Assembly (NCBI GenBank): GCA_964459725.1
Contig: CAYWNT010000008.1
Span: 3,694 to 59,559, forward strand
From: an uncultured Gammaproteobacteria bacterium
GTDB lineage: Bacteria; Patescibacteriota; Patescibacteriia; Patescibacteriales; UBA12075
Direction of reading: 5' to 3'
Length of the DNA: 55,866 bases
In this document: piece after piece, positions 1 through 10,089 of the stretch
Layout: every line of letters starts with the position of its first letter
How positions within the stretch are numbered: position 1 is the stretch's first letter
Notes under the pieces: generated by a model
What the model saw: the letters and a program-made list of their open reading frames with translations, nothing else
The model's database searches: none
Told to the model about the DNA's origin: nothing
Position numbers and translations under genes: made by a program

Positions 1-2
1 CT

Positions 3-3000
3 GATGTTGCTATAACTTCAGCAGATACAGGAGATATAGTTTACTATAATGGATCAGATTGGGTGGACATATCTACATCATCTTTAGGATTGCTGGCGGA
101 TTTGGATATAGGTGCAACTGTTCAGGGCTATGATGCTGACTTGAATACTATAGCCGGACTTTCTGCCGGATCAGATTATTTTATGGTCGGCAATGGATCG
201 AATTGGACAACACAAGGATCTACAACTGTGTTAACTACATTAGGCTTAAACATCGGTTCAGATATACAGGCCTATGATGCTGGTCTGGCTTCTTTTGATA
301 CGGTAACAGATAGTGCGGCTTCAGGAGGAATATTCTATGCAACAGCAGCCAACACCTTGGCCAATTTAGCCGTTGGAAGCGAGGGTGACATTTTGTCAAT
401 TTCTAGTGGAGTGCCTACTTGGATAGCTAGTAATACCGTGCTTATGGATGCTGCATTTGCTAGTAACGGTATTATGGTAAAAAGAAATTCAGGAGATTAT
501 GTAGCCAGAACAATTGTTAGCACATCATCAAATGAAATAGAAATAGAGTATGGAGATGGAATTGATGGAAATCCAGCTATTGGACTTCCGGACGTTGTTT
601 ATCTGGGAATTAATGGAAAATTAGGAAGAGATGCGGCCAATTTGGTTGATTTTTCAATCGATGATCAATTAATGTTTAGGACAAACAGCACAGATCAAAT
701 GATAATAGATTCAAGTGGGAATGTGGGAATAGGAACAACCACGCCAGCCGCGAAACTCTCTGTTTATTCAAGTTTAGGAGCTCAACTTAGATTATCCTAT
801 GATGATTCAAATTATGCAGATTTTACCGTAGATGATACCGGACAATTAACTATTTCTTCAAATGGATTTCAGACAACCACTATGGGAAGTGGTGATGATG
901 CTATGATAATTGATGCTAACGGTAATATCGGTATTGGTACAACTACTCCGTCTGCAATGTTGACCGTAGGTGCCACCAGCACAAATCAGTTTATTGTAGA
1001 TTTAAATGGAAATATTACTGATGGTTCTTGGCAGGCAGATGTTATTAGCACTACCTATGGAGGAACAGGAATTTCCAGTGTTCCATTAGGATATTTGCTC
1101 CGCGGTACAGGTGGGACTTCTCTAGAGGCAACTTCAACCTTGTTTATGACAAATAACGGTAATATTGGAATTGGAACTACAACTCCGGAAGGAACTTTCG
1201 GAATTACCGGAGCCGGAACAGGTGATTTTGGAGGATACCCTACACTTTTTAGCATCAAAGGAAACGATGATCAGTTATGGCATACAACTTTTGAAAATTT
1301 ATCATATGGCGCGAACAAAGGACTTGCATATTATATGGGTAATGCAGGAGAGTTTTCTATGTGGGCATATGATGGTGCTCAGTCGACCACTACATTAACC
1401 GTAAATACGGCTACTGGTAACTCTGGTTTTGGTGATGGAGCAGGCGCTAGTGAGGCAACACCCGACGCTGTATTGGAAGTTATTGGAGATTTCATGGTTA
1501 GTGCTACTGGAAATGGTGATGGAGATAGGTTTATAGTTGATGCTTCTGGAAATGTAGGAATTGGATCAACTTCACCAAGCGCAAAGCTTGCTGTGAATGG
1601 TGAAACTATTTCTTCTTACTTTACTTCAGATTCCGCAACAACAAATAATTTTGGCGGCAATATCAATATTGCCAATGGCATGGAGTATCAGATTAATAAT
1701 GCAACCATGTTAAATTTCGGTGAAATAGGGCCAAATAATAATACTACAGCAAGCGGTATATCTATTGGCAACAACAATACTTCTTCAGGAGCCCTTGCTG
1801 TGGCTATGGGGTATAGCAGTCAAGCGACAGGATTATTAAGTGTGGGTGTTGGTTATATGGCAACTGCCAGCGGTTCAAACGCTGTATCACTTGGTAATCA
1901 AATTGGCAATAATAGCGGTAATGGCGGTGTTTCTCTCGGATATCAAACCAACATATTGTCAACAGGAACCGGACTTTTTAATATTGGTTCTCAAAATTCA
2001 ATTCCGGTTGGCTTAAGTAATGCTGGAGTCATAGGTTCTGATATGACACTTAGCGGAAGTGATAGATTGGAGGTTGGTGTAAGCGATACTGCTAAAATGA
2101 CTATTCTTGCTTCAGGATATTTCGGTGTAGGCACTACATCACCATCTGATAAGTTCGTAGTCGGTGCCACTAGTTCGAATCAATTTATAGTAGACGAAAA
2201 TGGAAATGTTACCGATGGTACTTGGACAGGAGACTTGATTGGTGCCCAGTATGGTGGTCTAGGTATCGCAACCAATGGCTCAACCGGAGTTCCTACAGTG
2301 AGTGGAGGCACTTGGAGTGTCAACACCTCTCTCCCTATTGGTTATGGAGGAACAGGCACAACCACTGCTCCAAATGCAGGTTATATGCTCATTGGAAATT
2401 CTGGTGGAGGATATGACTATATATCTTCTTCCTCCTTTGTGATAGATGGCAATATTAGCGGAACAGGCATAGTAGTCAAGACTGCAGCAGGAAGTTATAC
2501 CTCTAGAACTATTACAGGAACTGCTAATGAAATTACAGTAACCGATGGCAGTGGAGTAAGTGGTAATCCTACAATTAGCTTGCCTGATGCGGTTTATCTT
2601 GGAGCAAATGGTCAGATCGGAAGTGGAGCTACTAATTTAATTGACTTTACAAATAGTGAAATTGCTATGCAGACAGGAGGAGTTGATGCGATGGTTCTGG
2701 ATGTAAATGGCAATGTTATGATCGGCACTTCTACCGTAGGATCTAAATTGACTGTAATGAGCAATACCGGTTCTCAGCTTAGATTATCTTATGACGCAAA
2801 TACTTATGTTGACTTCACTGTTGCGTCAAACGGAGAGTTGTCATTCTCTGGCTCAGATGATTCAGGTTCGGTTATTTATCTGGGAGATAATACTGCGGAA
2901 AATATTGGTATGGTTTTTGATGGTAATGCTAATGATTATTGGATGTCAGTTTTGGATAGTGATGATAGCTTCCGAATAGGTACTAGCACCACAATTGGTT

Positions 3001-6000
3001 CTTCCTCAGTGTTTACAATTTTAAATAATGGAAATGTTGGTATTAATACAAGCACTCCGGGAGCAAAATTAGCTATTCAGGGCAGTCTAGGCATTGATAT
3101 TTTAGATATTGCCAGTTCAACTGGTGATAGCTTATTTAAGATACTTTCAAATGGAAGAATCGGAATTGGTACTTCTACCCCAATGGGCACAACTACAATG
3201 ACAATTTCCGGATCGCTTTACGCTGATGAAATATACACTTCAGGCTCCACTTTCTATATGGACAATAAGCCAATTTTATCAAGTACTGGTGGAGTTCTCG
3301 GCATGGCAGCAGGAAGTGGAGATGCGCTTAACTTAACTGTAAATAACGGAACTAATGGATTGTATATAGATACTTCTGGAAATGTTGGTTTAGGCACAAC
3401 AACACCTTCTCAAATGTTGCATTTGTCAAAAGCAGGGGATACAGCCGTTGGATTTGAAGTTAGGGATGTTAGTAGTGGCACTCAAACAGAAGGTCCAAAT
3501 AATGCTAGCGTATTTACACAAGATACTAGTATCGGAGGCAGTGGTTGGCTTAATCATTCCAATGCACAGACTTCTAATGATAGTGTAGCATCGGCTATTG
3601 TAGGCTTAACCACAGTATCATATTATCTTACTGCTACTGGTACAAGTTTTAGTATCCCGACAAATGCTACAATAGAAGGAATTTTGGTGGAAGTAGAAAG
3701 AAGACAAAACTCAAGTGATGGAGCAAGAGATAATAGTGTTAAAATTATAAAAAATAATACAATAACCGGAGATGAAAAAGCAGATACAGTTACTGAGTGG
3801 CCTACTTCAGATGGTTATGCTAGTTATGGTGGAGCAAGTGATTTATGGGGGGAGACCTGGACTGCAGACGATATTAACTCTGGAGGATTTGGTTTTGCTA
3901 TAGCAGCCTCTTCTACAAATACAGTTACCATTTATGTTGATCACATTAGATTTAGTGTGTATTATAGTGTCACTAAAGATATAAATTGGGCATTTGGCGG
4001 AGATTATAGCGATGGAGGTAAATTCAAATTATCAGGCTCTAGCACCTTTGGAATCGGTGATTTGTTAGCAGTTGATACTAGCGGAAACCTTGGTATTGGA
4101 ACAACTGCTCCATCTGCTATGCTTGAAATATATAAAGCAGGAGGAAGCGCCAGTGACGTAATGTTTGAAGTCTCAAGCAGCACTGGCATAGGATTCAAAA
4201 TACTTGGCGATGGTGAAGCAATTTCTGATCAAGCATTCAACTCGGCTGGAGCTGATTATGCTGAATATTTCTATACTGTAAATAATGATCTTGAAGCAGG
4301 CGAGGTAGTTTGTGTTGACATAGAGAATGAGAACGCTGTTGAAAGATGCGAGAGAGGAGCTGATGGAAATGTGATGGGTATAGTTTCAACCAACCCTTCT
4401 ATAATCGGTAATTACAAAGAGGGATACAAAGAAAATTCAAATCATGTTGTGATAGGTATGCTTGGGCAAGTCCCTGCCAAGGTTACAACAGAGAATGGAC
4501 CGATCAGGCCTGGAGACTCTCTAACTAGTGCTAGTCAGGCAGGATATATAATGAGAGCAAATCCTGGAGATCCTACTGTGGGTGTAGCACTAGAAAGTCT
4601 GGATGCTGATATGATTACTACTACAGTAGAAACATCCTCCACAACAAATGAGGAAATTTCAAGTTATGAATTAAATGAGGACACTATTAAAGTGTTAATA
4701 TCTAGAAGAAACAAATCTCTCACAGTGGAAATGGTAGAATCAAAAATCACAGATCGTATTGCAGCTATGGAAATAGAAGATGAGGTTCAAATATTAATTT
4801 CACAAGCTGTAGACAACTTAGAATTAGGAGATGAGATACAGACAATCGTTAATGATCAGTTGGCTGCGCTTAATTCTGCAATTGATTCAAGACTGTCAAT
4901 TGAGTTTGATTCTGTAAATGGTCAAATATTAAATGTGGCAGCTAGTGTTGATGATTTAATTGGTCGCATGTCTATAGCAGAAGGACGTATTGATGATATG
5001 TTGAGCAATCAAGCATCAATTATTGATCAGATAGCAATACTTAATAACCAGTTAGGAATAAATGCAACCAGCACAAATGACCTAGTGCAGAATTTCCAGA
5101 TCACCAATGAAGGTTACATAAAAATGGGTAATAACATAGCTCAAGTAGCAGAAGAGATTATTTCTACTTCAACTGAGGCTACATCTACAGAAAATATTAT
5201 TTCCGATGAACCATCCGTGGCCATTGTTGAGATCGATGCTATTTCAGATGAGATTGCCGCTTTTGTGGTCAATCAAGAAGGAGAAGGCGATATTGCCGAC
5301 TTCCGGTCAAAGGATGTTAGTGTGGTAAATATTGAGAACACTGGCAAGGTAACTATAGTAGGTAACATGTTGGTTGATGGAAGAATTATGGTATGTTCAG
5401 GTGGAGTATGCGGAAACGATCTGGACTCCGCTGTTGACGAAACAATGGGAGATATTGGAGTTGAAGGAAAGGTTGTGGCTGGAGCATTCGAGCAAGTTTG
5501 CGAAGAAGGTTATATCTGGGTAGAAGGTAATTCAAAGTATGGAACTCTGCCTGGATTCTGTGTGGCATCTGATGAAAATTGCATTGAGGACTCAGTTGCT
5601 AGTGTGAACATAACCCAAGGAGAAGCAGCGCTAACTTGTCAGGAACAAGGAGATGGTTATCATTTGGTATCTGAAAATGAATGGATGACCATAGCTGATA
5701 GCATTATTCGAGCAAGTGATAATGATATTGATGATATAATCGAAGGATTGCAGCTCGAAACTGCATCTACAGCGACTACCAGCATTGAACATGTCCTAAC
5801 CAACGGCAACAAGATTTATAATTTTGCTGGAGGTGTAAGTGAGTGGACTGATCAGTTGACGACTAGAGCAGAACTGGTAGAGCCGGTGGTTAATAGCTGG
5901 ATGGAGTATTATGAGGTAACTAATTATCATGGATATAACATTGCTCCGCCTTATTACTATAATAGTGAGAATGGAATAGGGGAAATATTTATTGGAACAT

Positions 6001-6116
6001 CTACTGAGAGTAATTTGAGAGGTTTTGTAAGAGGTGAGAATGCAATATTTGATCTTGATTTAAGTCATAGTCCAGTTGAGGCAACCAGCACGATTGGATT
6101 TAGATGTGCGAAATAG
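3..6116 (+). CDS. Giant surface/fibre-like adhesin, 5'-truncated by the window edge (>2037 aa)
   Basis: The frame is open from position 3 (DVAITSADTGDIVYYNGSDWV), so the GTG at 63 is not the true start. It has many GNVGIGTTTP tail-fibre-type repeats, YadA-head-like repeats (GALAVAMGYSSQATG), an ADYAEYF intramolecular-chaperone/peptidase G2-like domain and a coiled coil. The C-terminus is FGE-sulfatase/C-lectin-like (GGVSEW...IGFRCAK). Confidence 0.8.
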   Translation, partial: DVAITSADTGDIVYYNGSDWVDISTSSLGLLADLDIGATVQGYDADLNTIAGLSAGSDYFMVGNGSNWTTQGSTTVLTTLGLNIGSDIQAYDAGLASFDTVTDSAASGGIFYATAANTLANLAVGSEGDILSISSGVPTWIASNTVLMDAAFASNGIMVKRNSGDYVARTIVSTSSNEIEIEYGDGIDGNPAIGLPDVVYLGINGKLGRDAANLVDFSIDDQLMFRTNSTDQMIIDSSGNVGIGTTTPAAKLSVYSSLGAQLRLSYDDSNYADFTVDDTGQLTISSNGFQTTTMGSGDDAMIIDANGNIGIGTTTPSAMLTVGATSTNQFIVDLNGNITDGSWQADVISTTYGGTGISSVPLGYLLRGTGGTSLEATSTLFMTNNGNIGIGTTTPEGTFGITGAGTGDFGGYPTLFSIKGNDDQLWHTTFENLSYGANKGLAYYMGNAGEFSMWAYDGAQSTTTLTVNTATGNSGFGDGAGASEATPDAVLEVIGDFMVSATGNGDGDRFIVDASGNVGIGSTSPSAKLAVNGETISSYFTSDSATTNNFGGNINIANGMEYQINNATMLNFGEIGPNNNTTASGISIGNNNTSSGALAVAMGYSSQATGLLSVGVGYMATASGSNAVSLGNQIGNNSGNGGVSLGYQTNILSTGTGLFNIGSQNSIPVGLSNAGVIGSDMTLSGSDRLEVGVSDTAKMTILASGYFGVGTTSPSDKFVVGATSSNQFIVDENGNVTDGTWTGDLIGAQYGGLGIATNGSTGVPTVSGGTWSVNTSLPIGYGGTGTTTAPNAGYMLIGNSGGGYDYISSSSFVIDGNISGTGIVVKTAAGSYTSRTITGTANEITVTDGSGVSGNPTISLPDAVYLGANGQIGSGATNLIDFTNSEIAMQTGGVDAMVLDVNGNVMIGTSTVGSKLTVMSNTGSQLRLSYDANTYVDFTVASNGELSFSGSDDSGSVIYLGDNTAENIGMVFDGNANDYWMSVLDSDDSFRIGTSTTIGSSSVFTILNNGNVGINTSTPGAKLAIQGSLGIDILDIASSTGDSLFKILSNGRIGIGTSTPMGTTTMTISGSLYADEIYTSGSTFYMDNKPILSSTGGVLGMAAGSGDALNLTVNNGTNGLYIDTSGNVGLGTTTPSQMLHLSKAGDTAVGFEVRDVSSGTQTEGPNNASVFTQDTSIGGSGWLNHSNAQTSNDSVASAIVGLTTVSYYLTATGTSFSIPTNATIEGILVEVERRQNSSDGARDNSVKIIKNNTITGDEKADTVTEWPTSDGYASYGGASDLWGETWTADDINSGGFGFAIAASSTNTVTIYVDHIRFSVYYSVTKDINWAFGGDYSDGGKFKLSGSSTFGIGDLLAVDTSGNLGIGTTAPSAMLEIYKAGGSASDVMFEVSSSTGIGFKILGDGEAISDQAFNSAGADYAEYFYTVNNDLEAGEVVCVDIENENAVERCERGADGNVMGIVSTNPSIIGNYKEGYKENSNHVVIGMLGQVPAKVTTENGPIRPGDSLTSASQAGYIMRANPGDPTVGVALESLDADMITTTVETSSTTNEEISSYELNEDTIKVLISRRNKSLTVEMVESKITDRIAAMEIEDEVQILISQAVDNLELGDEIQTIVNDQLAALNSAIDSRLSIEFDSVNGQILNVAASVDDLIGRMSIAEGRIDDMLSNQASIIDQIAILNNQLGINATSTNDLVQNFQITNEGYIKMGNNIAQVAEEIISTSTEATSTENIISDEPSVAIVEIDAISDEIAAFVVNQEGEGDIADFRSKDVSVVNIENTGKVTIVGNMLVDGRIMVCSGGVCGNDLDSAVDETMGDIGVEGKVVAGAFEQVCEEGYIWVEGNSKYGTLPGFCVASDENCIEDSVASVNITQGEAALTCQEQGDGYHLVSENEWMTIADSIIRASDNDIDDIIEGLQLETASTATTSIEHVLTNGNKIYNFAGGVSEWTDQLTTRAELVEPVVNSWMEYYEVTNYHGYNIAPPYYYNSENGIGEIFIGTSTESNLRGFVRGENAIFDLDLSHSPVEATSTIGFRCAK

Positions 6117-6238
6117 AAAACTGTCACTACGAGGAGTCGGAACTGAGTATATTTTCATACTTGATTGTGGATGGTAGTCTTTTTCTTTTTTTATCAGTAT
6201 TCTTAATTAATGAAGTAATAATAATTTAATATAAAAAT

Positions 6239-6880
6239 ATGATCATAAAAAATAAAACATTCTTGAAAATACCTTTAATATTTATCATAATAGCCGTGGC
6301 GGTTTTGACCGGAGGAGCCTTGGTTTGGGGTGTTATAGTAAGTGATTATTTTTCTACCACTGATAATATTGCGGACACTTGGCGGGTGTCAGTAGCTACA
6401 TCAACAGGGGAGATAACTTTAGAGACCAGATCTTGTGATTCTGATATTTGGCTTTGCTCTGCTTCTACAACTTGCGCTAATGATTTAGGGGATGGAGATT
6501 ATATTATTGTAAAATTAGAGGACGAGGCTGATGGATATTGGAAAAATGCAAGCACTGACTGCGACACTCCTCAGTGCGGTCAAGACGGAGGACAATCCGA
6601 TAACATGGTGGCTGATAATACTGTAACATTTGGCAGCACTTATCCAGCTCGTGAAGCTTGTAAGGTTGCCGGAGGTCGTTTGCCAACAGTAGCAGAATTA
6701 ACTTGTATTTATACAAATAGAGTTACTTTGGGAAATAATTATCTAACCTCACTTTATTATTATTCAGCTGAGGAGAGAAATTCAACCACAGTTGAGATTC
6801 TGACTTTTGTTAACGGTAACCAAACCTATGGAGGAAAGTCTGGAAATAATTATCACACTCGTTGTGTTATGGGTTGGTAA
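6239..6880 (+). CDS. Exported protein with C-terminal DUF1566/Lcl-like C-type-lectin-fold domain
   Basis: N-terminal TM/signal; A..AC...GGRLPTVAEL, YYSAEE, F.NG and terminal RCV motifs. Confidence 0.7.
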   Translation: MIIKNKTFLKIPLIFIIIAVAVLTGGALVWGVIVSDYFSTTDNIADTWRVSVATSTGEITLETRSCDSDIWLCSASTTCANDLGDGDYIIVKLEDEADGYWKNASTDCDTPQCGQDGGQSDNMVADNTVTFGSTYPAREACKVAGGRLPTVAELTCIYTNRVTLGNNYLTSLYYYSAEERNSTTVEILTFVNGNQTYGGKSGNNYHTRCVMGW

Positions 6881-6898
6881 TAATTTTAAGGTTAAACG

Positions 6899-8947
6899 AT
6901 GCTATATATTTTAAAAAAACTAGAAAGATATTTTATATTATTTTTTGCTTTGTTCTTTTTTTTATTATTTTGGGGAAATAGTGTTCAGGCGGTAGATTAT
7001 TACAATGAAGGTGTAGTGCTATCCTCAAACCTTCTTTCTGGTAAATCGGATATGGTTATTATAAAAACATTTATCGCTACGTCATCTATTCCTGCCTCCA
7101 CAACAGTTCAAGTTCAGTTCAGCGAGGACGGATCAAATTGGTACAATGCTTCAAATACTGCTAACTCATGGACAGATCTGGTAAGTGGAACGACTAACAT
7201 TAATATTAAATATTTAGAGTGGGTAACGGCTAATTTTTATTACAAACTAAAACTAACCTCAGCCTCATCAACTATAACACCAACAATAACTGGAATAAGT
7301 GTTGAATATTCAGATAGTGTTGAGCTGATAGAAGCCTCTACTTATGATGCTGCCGTAATTAGTTATAGCGATGTCAGACTTAAGGGAAGTTTGGATTATA
7401 CAGGCGGCGAAAATGCTACAGAACGTGGTTGGGAATGGGGGACAAGCACAGGCCTGTATACTGATAGCTGGACAGAGACTGGTAGTTTTGGCGTGGAGAA
7501 TTTTGATCAGACAGTAACTACTTTTTCTTCTAGTACTACTTATTATTATCGCACTAAAATATATAATTCAGCTGGTTGGAGTTATGGAGAAGAAAAAAGT
7601 TTTAAAACTTTGCCATTTACTCGTTTTAGAGAAGGGACGCTTGTTTCAGCTAATGTTTTATCTGATGAATCTAATGTTTTTACTATTTCATCTTTTGTCG
7701 CGACTACAACCATCCCTGCTTCTACAACGGTTCAAGTTCAATTTAGCCAAGATGGTACTAGTTTTTATGATTCATCTAACACGGCAAATTCTTGGGAAAG
7801 TTTAATTAATGGAGTAAATAATATCAGCTTATCATCCATGGATTGGAGTGGCGCTAATTTTTATTACAAGTTAAAGTTGAGAGCCTCTACTACCGCCATT
7901 GCTCCGACTATAACTTCTGTGAGTGTTGAATATTCAGATGCTATCACAACACCTTCAGTTACAACTGACAATGCTACTGTAATTTCTCATAGTTTAGTAA
8001 ATTTAAGTGGAAGTATAGATACCACTGGAGGTGAATATGCCAATGAACGAGGATGGGAATGGGGATTGTCGTCAGGAGATTATTCCCTTGGATACTATTC
8101 ACAAAAAGGAAGTTTTGGGTTGGGTACATTTACTGCATCCATCTCTGATTTCCAAGCCAATACTACTTATTATTTTCGAGCTAAGGCAAACAATATTCAC
8201 GGAGGCTGGGCTTATGGAGAAGAAAAGTCTTTTACAACCCTACCGGAGACTTATCATAAGAAGGGAATAATTTTATCTACTAATTTGTTGGGCGGAAATA
8301 CTGTGGCGACAAGTGCTATTCGAAGATTTGGTTATGATATCACCTTGCCTGCTTCCACTACTGCTTCAGTTCAGTTTAGTCAGGATGGTGCAACATGGTA
8401 TGACTCTGCTAGCACTTCTAACGCCTGGGATTCGCTTAGCGATGGTCATAATTTGAATTATGCTGATGCTGTGAATCTTGTTGGGTTGGGTTGGACTACA
8501 GGAAATTTTTATTACAAATTAAAATTAGAAACAGAAAATATTTTAATATCACCAACACTTAGAGAGGTAAAGTTGTACTATACAGAAAATCCGACTATCA
8601 CAACTGCGTCTACTTCAGTTATAGCATCCAAGAACGCTAGAGGAAGTGCTGTGCTAAATGATTTTTATGGTGACATAACTTTGGGATTTGAATATGGTCT
8701 TACCGCCACCAATACTTGGAGCGTAAGTGCGCCAAGGAATTATAACGGAGGAAGTGAATCGTATTATCTGGAAGTTCCGAACTTAAATCCATCAACTACT
8801 TACTATGTTCGACCATATGCCATTAGTCAGGAAGGAGAATCTTATTATGGAGTTTATGACTCATTTGCCACAGAAGCAACCCACAAAGGATCGCCAATTC
8901 AGTTTAAAAGCAATTTACAGTTTAAAAGCAATTTACAGTTTAAATAA
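6899..8947 (+). CDS. Secreted surface protein with three tandem modules (beta-sandwich plus fibronectin-III-like)
   Basis: Signal peptide; G.(V/L/I).S.N(L/V)L...VQFS.DG...NFYYKLKL occurs three times, each followed by an FN3-like T(T)YY.R domain. Confidence 0.75.
   Translation: MLYILKKLERYFILFFALFFFLLFWGNSVQAVDYYNEGVVLSSNLLSGKSDMVIIKTFIATSSIPASTTVQVQFSEDGSNWYNASNTANSWTDLVSGTTNINIKYLEWVTANFYYKLKLTSASSTITPTITGISVEYSDSVELIEASTYDAAVISYSDVRLKGSLDYTGGENATERGWEWGTSTGLYTDSWTETGSFGVENFDQTVTTFSSSTTYYYRTKIYNSAGWSYGEEKSFKTLPFTRFREGTLVSANVLSDESNVFTISSFVATTTIPASTTVQVQFSQDGTSFYDSSNTANSWESLINGVNNISLSSMDWSGANFYYKLKLRASTTAIAPTITSVSVEYSDAITTPSVTTDNATVISHSLVNLSGSIDTTGGEYANERGWEWGLSSGDYSLGYYSQKGSFGLGTFTASISDFQANTTYYFRAKANNIHGGWAYGEEKSFTTLPETYHKKGIILSTNLLGGNTVATSAIRRFGYDITLPASTTASVQFSQDGATWYDSASTSNAWDSLSDGHNLNYADAVNLVGLGWTTGNFYYKLKLETENILISPTLREVKLYYTENPTITTASTSVIASKNARGSAVLNDFYGDITLGFEYGLTATNTWSVSAPRNYNGGSESYYLEVPNLNPSTTYYVRPYAISQEGESYYGVYDSFATEATHKGSPIQFKSNLQFKSNLQFK
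8900..8944 (+). repeat. 18-bp perfect tandem repeat x2.5 encoding the C-terminal QFKSNL-QFKSNL-QFK
   Basis: CAGTTTAAAAGCAATTTA at 8900 and 8918, partial copy at 8936. Confidence 0.9.
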
Positions 8948-9058
8948 TTGACCGAAAATTTATTTTGTTGTATATTAAATAACAAGCCAAGTCTTTTTGA
9001 TGTCTAGTATTAGACAATTTTAATTAACTATTATAATTTTTTATTTTATTAAATATTC

Positions 9059-10018
9059 ATGTTTGGAAGATTTATACATTTTATAAAATACAATAATTTG
9101 TCTGTATTCATAATATTAGCTTTTTTCGTTGTTGGTTCTGGAGTATTCGCTCAAACTGAAGTAGGGCAAGAAATGATTGGTGAAAAACAGACTAGAATCG
9201 AAGGGGTAGACAATACTTTACTTCTAGATGTCGATCTTTCTGTGTTTGATATGGATTTTAAGGTTGAAACACTTGAAGAGGATGATAAGTACTATTATGT
9301 AACTTATACATATTTAGATCTGGTAAAGAAAGATAACGCTTGGTTGTATCAGTTAAATGAAAAGAAAAGAAAAATAAGCAAGAGAATTAAGAAAGACTTA
9401 GGAATGTATTTGGCAGAGGAGTTGAGAGAACATTTTGAAGATAGATTGAGAGAATTGAGCGATGAAAAAGAAAAAGCACTTGCCCAGGGAGAAGAGACAA
9501 GGGAAGAGGTAACTGAATATAGCGGACTCGTTGGAAAGATATTAGCAGCAACTGGAGAGGTTTTTATTGGTTATGAACCTGTGAAAACAAGAGAAATTCC
9601 TTCTCCTTCTGCGCCATTAACGATTCTTAATAATCCTGCGACTTCATCTCCCGAGGTTGAAAGTCCGGTTTCAGCAGCGGACAATTTAACTGATATTTAC
9701 AATGATTATATCAATGAGAATGATCCGGACAGTGATAATATTTTTGGATCAATAGATAATTGTCCAAATGTAAACAATCCAGACCAGATAGATAGTAATA
9801 ATAATGGGGTTGGAGATGTTTGTGAGGTCATGCCAGAACTAGGAGATATTGATTTGGTTAATCCTGACACCACACCAGCTACTCTAGAGGTTCCCACAAC
9901 CACAGAAGACATAATAATTGAAAACCAAGATCAAATATCAACTTCGAGTGAGGCAGTGGAGGTGGAAATAATAGAGCTTCCTCAAGAAGATAATAACGCA
10001 ACAACAACCAACTTATAG
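9059..10018 (+). CDS. Membrane-anchored protein with thrombospondin type 3 (Ca-binding) repeat
   Basis: N-terminal TM; DSDNIFGSIDNCPNVNNPDQIDSNNNGVGDVCE. Confidence 0.75.
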   Translation: MFGRFIHFIKYNNLSVFIILAFFVVGSGVFAQTEVGQEMIGEKQTRIEGVDNTLLLDVDLSVFDMDFKVETLEEDDKYYYVTYTYLDLVKKDNAWLYQLNEKKRKISKRIKKDLGMYLAEELREHFEDRLRELSDEKEKALAQGEETREEVTEYSGLVGKILAATGEVFIGYEPVKTREIPSPSAPLTILNNPATSSPEVESPVSAADNLTDIYNDYINENDPDSDNIFGSIDNCPNVNNPDQIDSNNNGVGDVCEVMPELGDIDLVNPDTTPATLEVPTTTEDIIIENQDQISTSSEAVEVEIIELPQEDNNATTTNL

Positions 10019-10089
10019 TAATTAAACTTAATACTTATTCGGATGTGTCCGATTTGTAGTCGGACTTTGCAAGGCGAATAACCTAAAAT

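Noticed and set aside
6121-6192. Imperfect stem-loop after the giant gene as a DGR homing hairpin or riboswitch
   Set aside because: Pairing is weak and is adequately explained as a terminator-like structure before a T tract.
3-10018. Prophage tail module
   Set aside because: No capsid, terminase, portal, integrase or lysis genes; the neighbours have signal peptides or TM anchors.
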